Positions 24,901-54,577 of a DNA stretch of 64,000 bases are shown here, piece by piece (the stretch's first letter is position 1; each line of letters begins with the position of its first letter). Source of the stretch: Styela clava (Eukaryota); NCBI RefSeq assembly GCF_964204865.1, contig NC_135258.1, forward strand, positions 13,950,001 through 14,014,000, in the 5' to 3' direction. Under the pieces are notes generated by a model. That model was not told where the DNA came from, did not search any database, and saw only the letters and a list, made by a program, of their open reading frames with translations. Both the position numbers and the translations under genes were made by a program.

Positions 24901-27900
24901 ACCCAATTTTTACACCGTGAATGAATCTTGAGTATATATAGATCTAAAATCGACTTGTTATGAAATATATGTTCATTCAATATTTTCTTGTTTCAATGCA
25001 AGAAATTTCTGCAATTTTCGACGAATGCTTTGGCCGATGCTTTGGTCAATGAAACGGAAAACGATGAAAATATAGAAGAATTGAGCTCTGTTGCCGTTAA
25101 AATTGAGAACTACGCCGTTGCATCTACGCGACGACTTCTAGACTTAAGTTCGAATGGAGGAAAATCAGCAGTGGCTCTGAATCTGGAGTATGTAGACATT
25201 TTCTACACTTAAATTGCTTTGAAGCATATCACGTGCGTCCCCCATTTTGAAAACAAAAGAGCTGGAAGAGTATGATCCAACTGCTGTCTACATACGGTAG
25301 AATTGCTGGATCTCGTGATACGTTTTTACGATGCTTGATACTGATAGTAATTAATGCGAACGTACCGGTCTACGTGATGGTACAAAGATTGAACAATCGA
25401 ACGTGGCGTTAGAACCCGTAAGCTTGCGCGAACATACCAGGCCTAGTTGCAATGCCGGTACTATAGTTGAAATGAACGTGACGTATGAGCGTTTGATATA
25501 TGAACCAAAAACCATTTTGCAAAAATAGATATGTAATGTTGGATTTATAGAACTTTTTTGTGTATCACTGCCCATATATATTTAAAATTTATTTGAGGCC
25601 CTCGATTGGGCCGCGCCCACGGTTTGCTGGCCACTGCTCTAGATCTTCAATAACATCTGAAACCCGTAATATATCTACCCCCTATTCCTATTCAAATTCA
25701 CAAAGAAGAATTGTCGGTATTTTGAGTTCAACAACGCACTGTTCCCAGAAATGTCTTATTTTCTAATCCCATTGTAAAGATATACTGATTACACATTTTT
25801 TACATCTATAACAGATCGGTGAACGTGGTTGGCTGTAATGCCGGAAGTGAAGAATGTCTTCTTTCCTCTGGAGGTTCTGAAATTGGACCTGTGATAAGTG
25901 ATTCTACTTTCCGTGTAACTTACATTCAACATAAAAAATTCTCAGTGACGTCATCAGTGGGCTCACAAATTGTCTCTGCGACTGTCGAAGACATTAATTC
26001 CAATAGAATTTCGTTACCAGTGAATTTCGTCTTGAAACATGAAAAGGTAATACCGACATATGGGAAAACTAATATTAATACTATATAATATATGGGTATT
26101 CTAAATTGTTCAACGAACATGATAGGCAATGACGCGCCCAATATCTAGTTGAGTGGAAGGTCATCCAATAATTATAGAAAGTGACGTCATAATAGATTTT
26201 TCACATTTGTCTAGATTGGAATGCAAAACTCAAGTTATAGAGTTATAGACAATATACAGATGCATCACAAACGGGTTGAGTTTAATGTTTTCTGCGATAG
26301 GTTTTAATGAAAAAGCTTCTCGCCCTCGGAAAAGAATGTTTTCCTAAATAATTTCGATTTATTTCAGAAAATAATGTATTTGACACTTTTCTATTCTAAT
26401 ATTTATGAGATGTATTGTTGTTGTTCATTTAATATCTAAATGTTTATAAATATGTTTAAATTGAAACGATATTATCGCCAATGTTTTGGTATACCCCAAC
26501 AGGATGTCGGCTTTTTCATCCCTGAATGTGGATTTATTGACGCGGTGAATAACGTTTGGTCAAAAGATGGATGCAGTGTTATTTCAACTAATGTAACACA
26601 TACCAGATGTTCCTGTAATCACATGACGAATTTCGCAATATTGTTTTTGCATTCTGACATCAAGGTAACTAAATTCTGCCAAATATAAACCTACATTTAT
26701 CGGAACAAAAGATTTGTAATTGTAATCGATTTTTATTGAGCATATCGAAAAATATTTATAACGATTTAAATTTTTTAGATTTCGGCTGTGGAGGAATTCT
26801 GGTTTAACATTATCACATACATTGGCTGTGGAATTTCGATAACAGCGTTGCTAGTGACAATGACGACTTTTGCTGCTTTGAGACTACACAAATCTGAGGT
26901 GACGCTATTTTACGATAAATAAGTCACGATTATGTTTATTAGCCGTTAGTTTTATTTGCCGAATAAATTATTGTATTGTATATACCACAAAAATGTTATT
27001 TGATTCTCAACAAAAAATGTCTGGTTGCTAGCGTTTTGATAACCAAAACCGAAACTTTCTTGAATGTGTGTTTTCTCAGTGTTAGCCAGTTTTTTATTTA
27101 GACCGCATTTGTTTTATTAATATTTTTAAAAACCAATTAACACTTTTTTTTAATTATTCTTGATTCAGGTTACAATGTTTATTTAAATTTCAATGCTTTA
27201 ACTATATATACCAGAGTACACTAACTTACTGAATTAAATTTATGTTTCAGCGTGTTGTTCTCCTTTGGCATCTTTGTTTTTGCTTATGTATTGCACAACT
27301 TATTCTGGTAGCAGGTACGAATGCAGTAGTGGGCACGGTAAGTGTTATTTGTTTTAGTGTCTTTTTTATTTGCCACATATCTTTTTCCCTATTCGAGCAA
27401 AAAAAGAATCTTATCTAATTTATTATTGAACAACACTTTTTAGGGGATTGTAAGTATTGTTTCATCCAGGATATATCGTATGTATAATTATTATAAGCAA
27501 TTTGGAGTTAGAAAATAGACGCTTTAGGGTTGACGTTTTCATTTTACACATATCTTTTCTTGGACATAGTATCTCGAACAGCACAACCTCATTCACAAAT
27601 ATTCCTTATTTTTATTGTAATTCATCAGGCGAGCTGCAAAGCAATCGCAATATTGCTACATTTCTTTTTCATGGCTGCATTCTCGTGGATGTTAATGGAA
27701 GGTTGCCAGCTATATTTCAAAGCAGTTCGTGCTGTAAAAGGAGACTACAACTTCAAAGTTGTTTTAGGTGAAATTCAAATATTGCTTACATTTATAACTA
27801 TTAAACCATGCAAAGTAGACTGCAAACTTACAGTTTTGCTCACTGTCAGTGACCGCGTGTCCATTGCCTTGTTTGGGTCGAAAGATTTTAAGAACCCCTT

Positions 27901-29196
27901 AGAACAGGGGTGTTCAGCCTGTATTACAGGAGGGCCAGATACGAGTAACTGGGCGGAGCCGCGGGCCGCACCTAGAAACCCCAAAACCCAAGAAAAATCC
28001 AGCTTGCGAAAATTCTTCTCATAAAAATATTGCTTCGGCTAACGTAAGATTTTCTACATACGAAAGTCCAAAAACCGAAATAATGCGTGTAGTAATATTT
28101 GTTTATTTTAGATTATCGGTTTGCATACCCCTGCCCTAGAAAATATTAATAATTATAATTATAATTTTTCATAATTGATTTTGACAATGCAATGTATAAA
28201 TTCGCCTTCTTTCTCATTGGTAAGTGATGCTAATCAAATAAATTACCAAATTTCTCTAAACGTTGAACAAGATAGTTTTCGCTGTCTACGATATAAAATT
28301 ATTGCCGTTTTATTTACCTTCCTAGTGTTGTAAAACCGTATTTTCAGTTGCTGGATGGACTATACCAATCATCATCGTGTGCGCTAGCCTGGGTGCAGGA
28401 TATCACGGTTATGGTAATGGAAGGGGATGTTGGATCTCGACGGAAAACGGAATGATTTGGGCATTTATTGGGCCTGCTGTTGGGTTTATTGTGGTAGGCA
28501 TTATCTTCATCGCTGAATAGTTTTAGGTTCAGTTTTTACTAAAGGTAAAAGTGTAACATTTATTCAGATCAATTGTATTCTGTTGACCTTTGTAATGAAA
28601 GTTTTTCTCGGATTAAAATCGGTTCTCAAGAAAAATGAAGTAGAGAAAACAAAACGTGCTGCAAAAGCTCTTGCTTGCTTGATGCCTCTCCTTGGAATTA
28701 CATGGATATTTGGTTTGTTTGCTGTCGGCGAATCAACCAAATGGTTCCTCTACTTGTTCTGCATCTGTAACAGTCTACAGGTAAACATTAATATATTGTT
28801 AGTACATAACAGTTAAAAAGTATTTGATGTTATATACTTTTTCGAAGTTTTCGAGTTACTAGAAATTTATTGTATTTTGTTTGATCTATCGAATTCAAAC
28901 AGGGACTCGGTATCTTTGTTCTCCACTGCGCGAGAAACCATGAAGTCAGAAAAGCGTTCCTGAAGAAGTATCGGAGAAGTTTCATGTCGATTGGTCCATA
29001 CTCTACGTCTGGCTCCAGCCAGTCTGGCAAATCAGCAGATACTTTTCTCAAGTCCACTACTGATTCTCTTCCTATTGTGGTGAGTTTTGTTAGTGAAAAT
29101 TGACAGGTATGCAAGACCTATAGGCTTACCCCATTTTCTTTGATTTGTGCAGTTGATTAATTTCTCCAATTCGCTTATTTAGGCGTTCTAAAAGTA

Positions 29197-29236
<40 letters not shown>

Positions 29237-29731
29237 ATTACTGAATTGGTAGCATTTTGAAAACATTTTGTTGCCGCATGCCGCAATTTATATATCTCAG
29301 GTTCGATTTATATTTGACCTTTGGTGAGGCCACTTCCACCGCCTAGCCAAGTGATTATATGTAGGACGGCCGATTTCAACCCGATTCTGGTTCATCGAGC
29401 CACGTGACTTTTTATCTGAGCACGTGGCTACGTTCATAGAATGAGAATGTTTGAACCACAAACAGAAGGCATGCTAAGCGACAAACGCTTCAGGTCCAGC
29501 TTTCATTCAAGCGTGTATTTTTTCTCATGAACTGTTTTCAAATCTTTTAACCGGACAAGGCTGTGTATAATCTAATATTCTAATCAATTTGATTATTCAA
29601 TTTCAACTTCATCACTCATAATGAATATTATTTGAGAGGCAATACAGGAATTCGAACTTGATGAAATGTAGTCTATGTTGTATTATCACTCATTCTTACT
29701 GTGTTCTCTTATTTTCCAGGCTAAGTGGTAA
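21941..29731 (+). CDS. Adhesion G protein-coupled receptor (GAIN/GPS + 7TM), ADGRD1/GPR133-like, ~673 aa
   Basis: 16 in-frame GT-AG exons: 21941-22010 (signal peptide), 22160-22201, 22607-22690, 23628-23711, 24060-24118, 24289-24498, 25003-25187, 25815-26046, 26503-26664 (GPS: C..WSKDGC..CSCNHMTNFAILF), 26779-26898 (TM1 ITYIGCGIS), 27251-27337, 27629-27767 (LLHFFFMAAFSWMLMEG), 28348-28493 (CW..IWAFIGP), 28568-28780 (LMPLLGITWIFG..NSLQ), 28903-29079, 29720-29731. The last exon is uncertain and could end at 29776. Confidence 0.92.
23236..23438. mobile_element. MITE with TACATTTGAACCC repeats and telomere-like core (intron of aGPCR)
   Basis: GGTTCC..GGTCACC ends, CTAACCCTAACCC core, 8-bp TSD GTGTTAAC (23228-23235, 23439-23446). 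Confidence 0.85.
27905..28133. mobile_element. hAT MITE
   Basis: CAGGGGTGTTCA / TGCATACCCCTG termini; near-perfect TSD CCTTAGAA / CCCTAGAA. Confidence 0.75.
29199..29232. repeat. (TA)n microsatellite
   Basis: About 16 uninterrupted TA units. Confidence 0.9.
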
Positions 29732-30070
29732 AGAAAGTTCAATTACTCATTCTCATCAGCACTTATCTACCACATGAAAACGATTTTTGTCGGTAAGAGT
29801 CAAGGATGGGTAGTAAATACCTGGAGTTACCCTAATTGCTTCTAAATCAATTGTGTATATACTATATTAGTAGGTGGTCTACAATACTGAAGTACCATGC
29901 TTTTGTTTCAATCTTCTCGCTATTTTACGCTTCACATGACTATTCTATTTTCTATTTTCACTAACTTTACAATCTCAAATTAGTAATTTGGACAAACACT
30001 ATTTGGAATATTAACCAATTTGTAAACACGTCTCTTTGCGAGCTATTTACGTCTTTGTAGTAATATAAAG

Positions 30071-30366
30071 CAGGGGTGAACAACACGAGGCACGCGTTCC
30101 AAATTTGGCACGCCATACGCTCAAACGTGGCACGCGAATAGTTTTGTAAAAAAAATATTTATGATATACATTAAAATATCACGTTCATATCAAAATCAGC
30201 AGTTTTTTTTCAGGTCATTAAATTGTTTCAACAAAAAGATATTCGTTGTTAGGTATTGTTATTTCAATTTGTTTGCTTCACGGGAGTTAATTTACTATAC
30301 CACAAATTGTGCGTGGCACCCGACAAGATTATTGGCACGTATCCGCATTTGAGTTGTGCACCCCTG
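30071..30366. mobile_element. hAT MITE
   Basis: CAGGGGTGAACAAC / GTTGTGCACCCCTG TIRs, TSD ATATAAAG (30063-30070, 30367-30374), TGGCACG subterminal repeats. Confidence 0.85.
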
Positions 30367-30373
30367 ATATAAA

Positions 30374-30469
30374 GGACCTCCAGAAGTATTGGTGCACAAC
30401 CTGAACATAGTAGTACCAGGTTAGGGTTCAGGTTGTGCGCCATCTTGGTGCACATACTTCGGAAGCGCC
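30374..30469. mobile_element. Short palindromic MITE (same family as 10619-10728)
   Basis: GGACCTCCAGAAGTA..CACAACCTGAAC / GTTCAGGTTGTGCG..TACTTCGGAAGCGCC; loop contains GGTTAGGGTT. Confidence 0.7.
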
Positions 30470-32028
30470 AAAATAAATACATTTGAACAGAAAAACACAT
30501 TTTATCCACCTTTTTGAAACACAACATCATTTAATAGAACATGCGGTTCATTTTGAACCACGGGCATATGGTCATCTAATCTGTACATATTTGTAATATA
30601 TTTTTATGTTGTTGAGTTTCTATTTCACTATTCTTACGGCAGAATTACTGTGTGTTCGATTTTAAAGTTGTAGAAACGCAATAAAACAATAAATGTTGTG
30701 TATCGTTGCCTGAAATATTGAATCGCGTTGTTATCTCCAATATTTGTAACTCGAATCAGTTGATTTTTCAATTCACGTTGAACCAGAATCGCCACAGAAA
30801 CTGGAAAACCTGTGTACCTGTAACAGTGCCGCTTTGCCGATATGGAAGCCCAAACAGTCTCTTGAAAGCGGGGCCTACAGTCACAGTTATAATTAATGTC
30901 GCCTATTATGAGGGCTTTATTGAAATAGATAAACTGTGCCGTTCTGGGTACGGGTACGGTACTAGTAAGTCACGTTACCATAGCCATGTAGCTGTTTTAC
31001 TGTTCAGCTTCGTGTAGGATAACCTATGGTTTTCGGTGAAGCGATGATAAATTATCATACGTGTCCTTATATTTGAGCATAGCTCTCTTTTTGTTATATA
31101 TTAAGATACTATACAGACAAAGTTTTTGAAGGGCATTATCCCAGTGGTGACAACATGCAATGAACATAAATATTATAGCAACAAAATATTTAAACTTGAA
31201 TATCGGCTTGTCTGGTTAAGTCTGATTTGGCCGAACGAAACGTTGCAAAAATACATTTGTTTTAGTGTGCAGCAAGACTCGAAATATATAGAAAAATATT
31301 TTATTTGAACGTATAATTTAGAATTATTGAAAATTCTTACCACGATAAGGATTGAGAAGTTTTGATTGTATTTACGGGAATACATTGTGATTTTGTAGGA
31401 GTTCGGCGTGTGATGCGTACGTATCGGCAACGAATCACTGTTTTTTTTGTTCATAATACTCTGGCTCAATTAAAAGTAGCCTACTGACTCAATTAAAAAT
31501 TCTAATAAAAATTCTTGTTGATCATTTCGCCGAGAAAGCTATTTTCGTCACTCGATAGGGAGCGTAAATGATAGTCTAAAAAACCTCTAGCAAGATGATC
31601 ATTAAAAAAATTGACATAATATTTACAAAGGTTAAATTTTATTAATTTTTCATCAACAAATCACAGTAATTATTGAATAACATAAAAAAAATTATTGCAG
31701 TTGCAGTAATTTTATGAAATGAAAAATTAGAATTAAGTGTTTATACAAGTGTTGAATGGAACAAGTTGAATTTGAAGGTAGGAATAAATGGAACATACAA
31801 CAGATGTATCTAGCTCAAACGAGAAAATTTATGCTTTTTTGTGAAAAATTTTATCTCTATTGAAGTATACAGTGTTTATTTATTTTTCATTTTTTTGAAC
31901 CTTAAAACAGGCAATTTGAAAGAATATTTGTTTTATCATCCAATTCTAGGCAAATAAACAACAAAGTAAACACGAGTATACGAATATGAATAATAAAAAT
32001 AGGAAAAGCCAAATACTAAAAGGAACAA

Positions 32029-48805
<16,777 letters not shown>

Positions 48806-51800
48806 TTTTGTTTCGGATGGTATTTCTCCGTTAGAATTATATTATCATATTCTAAGAATCTAAGTGACTGGTAACTAGTTAACAACTGTGAGAAAAATTC
48901 ATTTAGTCATTGTTGGGGGTTTATTTCGAACATGTGTAAACTTGAAAGTGTTTTGAATAGAATAACAAATATATTCAAATTACAATATACAAAATTCGAA
49001 ATGACAAATTTTGCACATAACAAAATGATTATGAATCTTTATATCCACCTGGACACATGCGTGCCCGTAAAGCAGTGCAGATCGCGATTTAAATTAGGTT
49101 TATACACTCTGAATATGTCTATTGATTTGAATTTCCCATTTTAATCGAAAGAATACAATTTATTCAATTGTAAAATCATGAAAAATTTTGATACTATTCT
49201 GTATTGCGGTATTGGGCGAGTGATAAAATTTATCAAAACAAAAGTACGTCACTATTTGTGGTTGTCTAGCAAATGATTGATTTCCAATATTAAGTAGTAA
49301 TAATGTACATGGTTTTATTATAAAGCAACTTGTCTTCATGATATTAAAGTATCGCCATGTTACAAATTTTTAGTATGATAAACCCGGGTAAACCAAAATT
49401 GTAAACTTTCCATAAAATACAAAATGCTTGGTTTATAATATTTTTATACGAACAATCCATTTAATGTATGAGTATTCATCAGAAGGCAAACATATTATGA
49501 CAATTCACAAGGCCTGAATTAGAAACCTGCTGATCAGTTGAGGCAGTTCAGACATTGCAACAGTAGCTTCGGATTTTGCAGTACTAGTTCAGAATCAGTT
49601 TCAAAAAATCCTATTATTTCCTGTTCACGTTTCCACGGAGTTGAGGCAACAATGCCGTGTGAATCACATTTGATTCATTATAATCCTTCTCAAAATGAAT
49701 TTTGTAGTGAGCTTTTGACTCATTGTTGAGCTTTTGACTCATTGTCATTGTAAATAAAACGATACGTAAAATTGGCAAATTGATGGAAATTGCAATTTGT
49801 GAAAATATTTATAGGCCTAAGATTTCATTGTTATATCATATTTATTTTCACCACAATTTTAGATATTTGTGGCCTGTATTTTAGAGAAGTAAGGTCCAAA
49901 CTTGCAATCCTATGTATGCAGCTGTAATGCGATAGCCGGACCTCCTCCAAATCGTGTTCTGACTAAACTGCATCAATCACACAACATAAATGAACTCAAC
50001 AATTTGCTGTTTCAGTTAAACTCTCTGGCTATATCGAGACCTTCTTGTTGTACAGATTTGACAATGCGCCCGTTCGTGTATATTTGACATTTTACGCTAT
50101 TCGTTTGTTGGCCACATTTTGTAAATTATGCAATACATTTTCTGGTCAAGGTCATCTATTCCGACGTTTTTTGCATTCAATTCATGAAATATATTCATTA
50201 CCTGTCTCAGTTGATTCTTTTGGTATGTTACGACTGCACTAAGCGAAATCGCTTTGTGAAATGATGTACGGTGGCTATAATTCACAATGTGGGTCCGCCC
50301 ATTAAAAGGTAACGACTACAACCTTCGATTTACATAAAATACAGGGTTGTCTACTGCGACGATTCGTATTTTAGACGGTATGTCATTTTTTTATACTGAT
50401 CTCTTGGTATCACAACACATTTTAACACAACATTTGATAAAACTGCAAGTCATCCTACGATCCCCTAAGTGAATTAGAATATCAATTAAACCATCTATAA
50501 TGCCTGGCCTGTACTCTGACCTCATCGTTCGATTTCGCTGTGTCATCTGAAATTACTGAGCCACTATGTTGAAATAACACGGACCTAGTTAATGTATTAC
50601 CTTGATTAAATACTAAAACGTTATGACATGCATTCGGTTCATGAAAAACAATGAAAGACTTAGGTCAGCAACATGACCTACTGACAGCTAAAGTAATATA
50701 CACTGACATCTTGTCAATGAGCGTTTTGGAAACGATTTTCCAAACCATGGCATTATTAGCATTGACCTAGTTTTTTAAACTGATTAATTTAAACCTTGAC
50801 CCCATTATTAGCAAATCGGTTTGTTATGTAATGACAAACACTCATTATGTACGTTTCCACTATTATGCAATATAAAAATAATGGCAGTTTATAAGAATAT
50901 TTATATATTATGTAATTTTTCTAATTTAATGAAAGATTTGTACAATTTGAATTGAAAATTATATGGTGGTGATATTTGCGTTTCAAATGCTCATTTTATT
51001 CTTTTTGAAAAAAAAATGTTTTGTTTCAAAATTTTGGTGATGATTATTGGGGGAGGCAGTAGGATGTAAGTCAATAAACAATCTTCAGTAAAGGGTAGTG
51101 ATGCCAGCTTCTGTTGGTTTGATGGTCACGAAACACTTTCATTATATCCCCATTGCCTGAGATTTGAACCCCCAATTTTATACACTCTTGTGATGAAATT
51201 GTTCTAAATATTGACCTTCAATTTGTTGAATGTTTGAAATGTGGTTACTACTACTGATATGAATCCACTGAAAATGTTCATAATTATACAAGATTTAGTG
51301 CATTACTGTCGCTTAAAATGATTTACTTTGCATTTGTTTGATCAAGTCTGATCGTATGAATATCACTATGTCACAGAGTGGATTACTAGAAGGCGATTTG
51401 CAAAATGTTGCAAAATTATTTTATATAGAACAATGATAGTGTCATTGATTCATTTAAAAGATATGTGGATTACTGACATTAATTTCAACGTGAAATTAAG
51501 TCGTCTAAAATACATTAGGTACCACAAATTTTGTTGAACAGTACGGACTTTTTATTAGTGATGATAGATATCATTGAATTAAATATAATTACATTTACGA
51601 CAAATACTACTACATTGTGATCTGATCACACTGGACACACCAGCAGAAGATACGTTCTAGTGCTCTTATACACTTCCCGACTAAATGACCACCGAATCAA
51701 ACACAGCGGAAATCCAGTAAACAGAGTCTGGAACATTCCGTCGTTATCTCACACGTAAAACGTTTAAACAAGAAAACTTTACGGGATCGTCACATTTAGA

Positions 51801-52399
51801 GTATCGGACCGCTCGTCAAATATTTACTCACAAATATAATAATTTTGAATACAAAAGAAGCTTTAAGCCACATCTGTAACTCCGGTAGTGGGTCACATCA
51901 TCACGAGCATTTTTCACACATGTCAACTTCCGTTGTCCCGTGTTAGCGCAAACATACAAATACACAAAATGGTATTTACATTAAATTACAAAATTCAACA
52001 TAATTGCTTGCTATGGTGTAACTTTTGTAAAAAAAAAAATAATTGAAGGGGCACCTATCAAAAGCAGAAAAAATAAAATAAAGTGATCACAGTGGAATGA
52101 ATTATAAAAACATCTGTCACCACAAGACTCCAGAATCTACGACGAACATTTTTTCTGATACAAATGGCTATGGCGTAACAACACTTAAGATAAGTCAGTT
52201 AAAATTTATGTGACTTTCACTTACAACTTTGGGAGCATGAAATTTCAAATACTCCGTGAAATATGACTAAAATCAGGAGGCCAATGCCCAGGCTCGTCCA
52301 TGGGACACATTTTTTCTGTCCCATCCCATGGGATTCCCATTGGAATACAATTCAATAAAAATTGTTAAATTTAGATTTAGTGTCTCCTAAATAGGACTA

Positions 52400-52621
52400 C
52401 ATGTACAAAAAGACATACATAACGACAAAATTCATCGACTTTGTTAACTTTGAAATACAGAACCAATATATACCTAACAAGAGAGCTATGCTCAAATATA
52501 TGGATACGAACATGTACAAAGAGACATACAAAACGACAAAATTCATCGACTTTGTTAACTTTAAAATACAGAACCAATATATACCTAACAAGATAGCTAT
52601 GATCAAATATATGGACACGAA
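52400..52621. repeat. 111-bp direct tandem duplication spanning a HINE end and its flank
   Basis: CATGTACAAA..ATATATGGA(T/C)ACGA at 52400-52510 and 52511-52621. It explains the repetitive ORFs at 52377-52685. Confidence 0.9.
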
Positions 52622-53040
52622 ATCAACAACGAAATGTTTTACCACCTATTCTCCGAAAATCATACGGTATCCTGTACGAACCTGAACAGCCACGGTAACG
52701 TATCAGTACCTGTATCAGATTAACGTTACGCGGATTGTCCTAGCGTTTTCAGGCCCCGTGAAGATAATCTGGGCTACATGATTCAGAATTTAAAACCGTG
52801 TTCCTATGAGTAAATAATAATAAGGCGAAACTCTGGATGAAATATCAGATCTCATAGAAAATTAGGAAATAAATAAAGATAATAGCCTTCTGGCAAAAAT
52901 AAAACTTCAACCATTGAAAATTTTAAAGCAATTGGTTCAGAAAAAAAATGCGATTTTATCATGACGAAGAAGAAGAATATCAACAAGAACAACAACATAA
53001 TATCAAAACGATCCATAGGTCCATTCACGTGTCCAATAAA
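52587..53040 (-). mobile_element. HINE family A copy, inserted in a hAT-like remnant starting at 52289
   Basis: AACAAGATAGCTATGATCAAATATATGGACAC ... (AAG/AAC)n ... GTGTCCAATAA. The upstream host element begins CAGGCTCGTCCATGGGAC with CCCATGGGA repeats. A partial opposite-orientation copy lies at ~53200-53286. Confidence 0.7.
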
Positions 53041-53825
53041 TAAAAACTGATTATGAAATCAGGAGAGTAAACAAAACCTTGGATATGGCTCAAAACGTAC
53101 AGAATTTAAGGTGGAAGGTATTGCCAAAAGAAGTGGTACGTGTTTACTCACCTAAAATTATTGAATCAAGTCTCACACACTCGCACACACACAACCAGCT
53201 ATTATTTTTTTTTTGCTATGACGTCATAAAAATTATTGCCTTTAGGTGACGCTACGTGTCTATATATTTGAGCATAGCTCTCTTGTGTAATTAAATTAGA
53301 GTATTGATACTGAGGTAGGTATTGGAATTTATTGGTTATAAGGAGCGTGATCAAGGATAAAAAAAATTGAAGATGTTTTTTCAAAGGATTCTTTGAGATT
53401 AACACAGAAGATTCATCAAAATCAGTCAATCAGAAACTTTTTCACATATTTTACGTCATTCGATGATTGTGATGTAGCCTGAAAAACAATCTGCGAGTAG
53501 GTGTATAAAAGATTGTTTTATGGATATATAGTGACCTATTTTTTATAAGGAAATAAATGAAATTGTTAAATTAATGTTAGGAGGTATTGATCATTCAATT
53601 CTTATCACTTTATATTGGTGTTTGGGGGATCCAAAAGCAATTTCTGTTAGGGACAAAACTGTCACACCATGAAAAAACATTCAACTTTGATCATATAACA
53701 CTGTCTACACTTTGTTCAACAAGTCAACTTCACAGCAATAGCTTACCTGAACACAAAGTGCATGCTTACATTAATCAAATTAAAATCACCAACACAAAAT
53801 TAAAAATTTAAAGAGCAGATTTTAA

Positions 53826-53905
53826 TTGGTTCGCCATATGGATAAGCCGTCTTATCGTCTTTCCTCTCCCCCGGGATAAATATGTAAAATATCCTATCCT
53901 ATCCA
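53826..53905 (+). repeat. SINE-like 3' tail fragment
   Basis: TGGTTCGCCATAT..CCTCTCCCCCGGGATAAATATGTAAA..(TCCTA)n. The same motif occurs at ~62890-62960 and inside both TIRs of the 2513-7905 element. Confidence 0.55.
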
Positions 53906-54577
53906 TAGCTCGACTGCTCGCCCAGTTACAATACTTGGTATCTGGCTTCTTGGTTTTGTTGTAACGAAAAATCGAACTAAACTTACATACTTACTAGGAT
54001 GTCAGCAACGTTGTACGAATATAGGTTATCGGTACCGGTATATATCTCCTAGTTCTGGCTCTTATACCATACTAACCTTATACATTATACCATATACTAA
54101 GCCAAGAATTCTTATATGCATAATTAAAATAGTGAATATGGGGGGAGCTGACTCTGATGACCGTATGGTCGTATCGCTCCTCCCAGTCTATACCAAAAAA
54201 CTCTACATGTCATTGAATATATTTGTATTGTTGCTATTGTTTCAGTATTTTTTTTTCTGGTTGACGAAAATAAATTTCTCTATCTCTCTCTCTCTCTTTG
54301 CCAGTAGTCACTCGCCATTCGCGACTTTTTCACACCTCAATGGCTGGCACACTCTTTAGCAGCGATCCGGAGCTGTTTTTCCGCGTGGGATGCCGATAAC
54401 GAAAGGAAATAACAACATCACTTTCTGCAAGATCTGTTCACTGCCGGGCTGGGCTTCTTCGGCTCCGACTTTTGCCTACGTTTGCCTCGTATCATTTGTG
54501 ATAAGGACCGAAAAATAATGTGATGGCTTCATAGTAATGTGATTGTCACACTGCTCATTTATTTCTATCGCAACGGC

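Noticed and set aside
52377-52685. Three repeat-containing ORFs
   Set aside because: By-products of the 111-bp (multiple of 3) tandem duplication at a transposon end.
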